This document shows positions 1 through 64,000 of a stretch of DNA of 64,000 nt, piece by piece. The translations under genes were made by a program, and so were the position numbers. The stretch is from positions 39,618,001 to 39,682,000 of the forward strand of contig NC_043003.1 of NCBI RefSeq assembly GCF_006345805.1, in the 5' to 3' direction. Within the stretch, counting starts at the first letter, position 1. Every line of letters begins with the position of its first letter. Below the pieces are notes generated by a model. It made no database searches, was not told where the DNA came from, and saw only the letters and a list, made by a program, of their open reading frames with translations. This DNA comes from Octopus sinensis. Taxonomy: Eukaryota.

Positions 1-605
1 TCATACCCAAATTCTTCTAATTCTATTCTACTTTCACTTACCTTTCTTTCCAGCTCCACACTAGTTGCTTCCATCCACTTTTGTATAATGCAAGCAACCA
101 AGTATCTCCTCTACAGAAAGAAACCTGATCCAGCCCTTCCTTTCATACTTTGACCTTTCATCACCAAGCATACATAAAGCTGCCTGCCTCTCTAGTGTAG
201 TGCCATTCAGCCAAACGGGATCTTATTCTTGCAAGCTAGATGGCAGCTCTACGAATGGAAAAGGCACCTTTTCCATTAGTGTAAAGTTGTTGGCATTAAG
301 AAGGGCATCTAACCACAGACGCTAAGCCAATGCAGACAATGGAGCACAATGCAGTCCTCCTGTCAGATCCCATCAATCTGTGTAACCCTAGCCAGCATGG
401 CAGATGGAGGTTAGGAGGAGGAGGAGGAAATGGCAGCAGCAGTGGTAGCAACAGCAGTGACAGTGGCAGCAGCAATGACAACAATCCTCTATTTTGACTT
501 TCTCATCTTCTCTCTTTTTCTCCTCATCCTGTCTCCTATTCCCACCTCTAGCTCACCCTCAATACCCAGTAAGCCCTAAAACACAAAAGCCACAATTCAT
601 CTTAC

Positions 606-59731
<59,126 letters not shown>

Positions 59732-60025
59732 CTGAAAATAACAGATATAAAAGACATTATAGTGGATTCTCCCATTGGTTTTGACATATGAAAGGCTAAC
59801 ATTTGATTTGTTTCAGGGGTGAAGGCTTATGTTGGACCAATCCCTCTTCTGGAGAGGCTGACAGAAAGTTAGTACAAAGGTTTACCACAAGTTCAATGAA
59901 CATGAACTACATACTCAAGTTTTCTATTAGAGTTTTCCACCTCACTACAGACTAAATTTAAATGCACACCAGGACACCAAATGAGAAATATTAATGTACT
60001 CATGCATATATATGTGTGTGTGTGT

Positions 60026-60320
60026 GGAGGTGCAATGGCCCAGTGGTTAGGGCAGCGGACTCATGGTTGTAGGATCGTGGTTTCAATTCAATTTATTGAG
60101 CAAAAACACCTAAACATCCACAAGGCTCTGGCAGGGGGTGGTGGCAATCCCTGCTATACTCTTTTGCCACAACTTTCTCTCGCTCTTTCTTCTGTTGGCC
60201 TACTCGCTTAGCCAGCGGGCTGGCGTCATTTGAAGGCTAAAACAATACGAAGTGCATTGTGATCAGCGATGTGTAACAACATCTGATAGCCTGGTCGGTC
60301 ACAGTGATCACGATGATATA
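60026..60320 (+). mobile_element. tRNA-derived SINE family 3 (related reverse fragment within 57305-57597)
   Basis: Head GGAGGTGCAATGGCCCAGTGGTTAGGGCAGCGGACTC; shared body with 57470-57590. Confidence 0.7.
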
Positions 60321-62258
60321 TATATATATATTGTTATATTTCGAGATGGCCATTTTTTCTATTTTTTTTTCAATTAAACACACTCCTTCAGGGAGGATAC
60401 ATGTAGAATGGAGAGTCACTGAGAGGATCACAGAATGTGCAACAAAAGATTTCCAAACAAAGGACACTAAAATAAGAACAATAATAAATGATTTTGTTAA
60501 GGTTATTTCTACAGAAAGCACCATTCAAGCATGATCATAACCAGCGTTGCCTTACTGGCACTTGTGCTGGTGGCATGTGAAAAACAACATTCAAGCAACG
60601 TTGTTGCCAGTGCCACTGGACTGGCTCCAGTGCAGGTGACATATAAGAAACACCATTCGAACACAGCCATTGCCAGTGCTGCCTGACGGGCCCGCGTGCC
60701 AGTGGCACATAAAAGCACCCACTACACTCTCAGAGTGGTTGGCGTTAAGAAGGGCATCCAGCTGTAGAAACTCTGCCAGATCAGATTGGAGCTTGGTGCA
60801 GCTTTCTGGCTAGCCAGTTCTCAGTCAAACCGTCCAACCCATGCCAGCATGGAAAGCGGATGTTAAACGATTATGATGATGATGATTTTATAGAAATTAT
60901 AGCCACCACTGATTTTTGCTAAAATTAGTAGAAATAATCTTAATAAAATAATGTAATAACCACTGCTAATGTGGTAGAATGTGGTATTGACTGACAAAAA
61001 ACATTTAATATACTTTATGGTATATTATGGTTGCATAACAAAATACCACATACCTACAAATCATTAATCATATATGAATGTAAAGAAAATATATAGTGTG
61101 TGCGTTTATTTATCAAAAAAAAATTGACCATCTCAAAATAAAACACTATCTGTTTGACACACAATTTCACATTAAGAATCTTGCAAAACAAATACATAAA
61201 TGTATGTATATGTTTATCATTTTTTCAGTCCATGGAGAAATGGCCAAAATTTGCCCTGTTTATAATCATACCATATGTTACATATATATTTTATGTTATT
61301 GTGTGGACTAAGATCCCCATTGACAGACTACTGATATTTATAGTGTTAAACACTTTCGGTATGCAAATTAGGGACTCCTTCATAGAGTAACTGCTGCATT
61401 TGTTGAGTACATAAACAGTTTGGCTACTTATTTCTCTGGAGATTTTCAGAATGATGTGGATGCTTCTGATAAGAACGCAATAAAGTTTGAAAATGGTTTG
61501 AGGTTGTTCATCATTTTTTTTTTTTCAATCTGCAGAGAAATGGCTAAAATTTGCCCTGTTTATAATTATACGATATGTTACATATATATATATCTCATGT
61601 AATTGGACAGTCATTGATTTTATTGAGTTCATCTGCCATTTGACAGGTCTTGTTTCTCATTCTGTAGGATATCTAAATATCACCATACTCACCATGCAGG
61701 CTTGGGGGTGCCACAAGTTTATTACCCTCATTATTAGGGTGACAACTTCAGTAAAAGCAATATTGTTGTCAATAACACCAGCAAAGTCTTTGGCAATGTT
61801 TGGCATAAGGACCTTCTGCCTAAGTTGCATGCGTACAGACCCAATCCATCTTCTCTATTGAATCAAAACTTCCTTGTCAGAACACTACATCACAATACAT
61901 GTCAATGAAGATTTTTATCACTTAGATTCGTCATTTCTGATATACTTTAAGATTCAGTTGTGTGTCTCCCACAAATTTTTTCTCACACATCAAATGGAAA
62001 TTGTAGTTGAGATACCTGTGCCGGTGACATGTTAAAAGCACCATCCGTACATGGCCGATGCCAGCACCGCCTTGACTGGCTTCTGTGCGGGTGGCACGTA
62101 AAAAGTACCCACTACATTCATGGAGTGGTTGGCATTAGGAAGGGCATCCAGCCGTAGAAACACTGCCAGATCAGACTGGAGCTTGGTGCCACCTCTTGGC
62201 TTCCCAGACCCTGGTCATACCATCCAACTCATGCTAGCATGGAAAACAGACGTTAAAC

Positions 62259-62290
<32 letters not shown>

Positions 62291-63389
62291 CATTGATGAT
62301 CTGCTGGTTGTTATTCCTAACCATACAGTTCTGTTTAGATCATACAACATATCACTTCACTCTGGAACTTTTCTACACACGACCTTGAACCTCACGCCAG
62401 ACAGGAACTGCTTCCATAATCAAAGACACTTAATCTTTTAGCATTCAGATTAATCTGTCAAATGTAATGCTTATTTATTTTCATTGTTTTAAATTCATTG
62501 TGCTTTAACTTGTAGTGTTAAGATTTTGATGATATGTTTATTTTTAGAATGATATTGTAGGGTAAGTGTAAGAGGCTGGACCTAAAAATATAGTTTTATA
62601 CCATACCGTCTCTACATACCAACAACACATAACTGAGGCCCTTAAAATTACCACAACTTACAATCTCTGAAGACTTCTCATGGGGGCCTTACATCATCAT
62701 CGTTTAACATCCACCTTCCATGTCGGCATGGGTTGGATGGTTTGACAGGAGCTGGCCAAGCATGAGCCTGGACCACACTTCTGTGTTTATTTTGGCAGGG
62801 TTTTTTATAGCTGGATACCTTTCCTAACACCAACCACCCAGCAGAGCGGACTCAGTGCTTTTTACATGGCACACATGTATAACATTGCCAAAACTGTATC
62901 CCACAGTGTAGGCTTCCCGTTTTTAGGAATGAAATGCTTTAGCCTTGATAGTTTATAGATATATACATAAATATCCTAAACCACATGCAAAAGAATGTCT
63001 AACTGATTGGTGAAGACTCACTCACCAGATTAAAATAATAATCAAATGGGTCCATAGACAGAAAAAAATGGTTGAGAACCAATGCCTTAAGCACTTGGTT
63101 CAGTCTTTCCTTCCAGGAAATTATACCTACTGGAATTTCCTCATTGCTCATATTTTTTTTCTTTGTTCCTATAGACATCAACTACATCAATCTAGACAGG
63201 CCTAAAAATGTTGTAGGCACTGTCCCACCTTTTCAGACTAACTTATATGAAAATTGAGATTTTCTAACTAGTTACTTCGTTTGTTGCAAGATCAGTGACT
63301 GACTGTTGCTTAGTTTTCTATATATTGCAAGCTGGAGCAAATTCCTGCTATCTAGCAGTCGGATAATAAAGATGGTACCGTCAACTGGA

Positions 63390-63630
63390 CTCTCAAAGGA
63401 AGGTGAGGCTTGTTTTCACTGTGCGGTGGCAGTATTGAAAGAGTGTGTATGGCAAACTAGAATGGAAGGTTTTGTGACAGGGTCCTTCATCTCTGGCCAG
63501 GGTTTGATAACCTACTTCAGATACCATCTGAAGAGCAAGATGGAGTTGGAGAGGAAGACCCTGCCATAGAGATAGTATGAGAAACGTTGGAAGGATGTGA
63601 TGAGAAAGGTACATGTCAGTAACCCAGCTT
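63390..63630 (+). mobile_element. Possible L1/Tx1-type LINE 3' fragment
   Basis: AVLKECVWQTR...LITYFRYHLKSKMELER..KRW pattern. Confidence 0.45.
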
Positions 63631-63704
63631 AATCATCAATGAAAGGAAAAAGATAGTTGCTGGGCCTTCCAGGCTACCATGTATGTAATTTGAACTTGTT
63701 TGAT

Positions 63705-64000
63705 ACTCTTTACTCTTTTACTTATTTCAGTCATTTGACTGTGGCCATGCTGGAGCACCACCTTTAGTCGAGCAAATCGACCCTAGGACTTATTCTTTGG
63801 AAGCCTAGTACTTATTCTATCAGTCTCTTTTGCCGAACCACTAAGTTACGGGCACGTAAACACACCAGCATCGGTTGTCAAGCGATGTTGGGAGGACAAA
63901 CGCAGACACACAAACACACACATACATATATATATATATACATGTATACGACAGGCTTCTTTCAGTTTCCGTCTACCAAATCCACTCACAAGTCTTTGGT
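63705..64000 (-). mobile_element. SINE family 1, runs off the window edge
   Basis: Tail and body in reverse. Confidence 0.87.

Noticed and set aside
36-240. Strong minus-strand donor AG|GTAAGT near 41 as the next exon
   Set aside because: The sequence does not encode the expected ARDVV...WISQLRYYW.
254-277. Perfect 11-bp hairpin
   Set aside because: Too short and isolated to interpret; may be chance or repeat-derived.
60026-60065. tRNA gene
   Set aside because: Only a tRNA-like head continuing into SINE body; no complete cloverleaf. The same holds for the other SINE heads.
60304-60534. ORFs on both strands as genes or a DNAH3 exon
   Set aside because: No homology or suitable splice sites; lies between repeats.
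62999-63181. Whole 60-aa ORF as the first exon using the GTGAGT near 63025
   Set aside because: Its 3' half matches a ggttctcaacc...atggaccc hAT-like repeat end.

Overview
Repeat-rich animal genomic DNA, inferred to be octopus/cephalopod from its SINE, RTE and microsatellite content. The whole window lies within one minus-strand gene, an axonemal inner-arm dynein heavy chain most similar to DNAH3. I traced 24 GT-AG coding exons (59731 to 606, 3766 nt, about 1255 aa) with consistent phase at every junction, covering the N-terminal tail and linker; the AAA ring lies beyond the left edge and the start codon is unresolved. The introns hold two DD36E Tc1-type transposons, mariner relics, RTE, R4/Dong-type, CR1 and Tx1-type LINE fragments, a degraded Penelope-like element (PLE), Helitron-like and TTAA MITEs, several tRNA-derived SINE families and many microsatellites. 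Top signal: several unrelated short repeats, mostly inside fold-back structures, share a minimal hammerhead-ribozyme architecture (stem I, 7-nt core, stem II, GAA, palindromic stem III) with covarying core positions 3:8 (G3-C8, U3-A8, C3-G8). Second signal: long inverted repeats enclose single DNAH3 exons. All calls were read by eye; no alignment, folding or database search was run.
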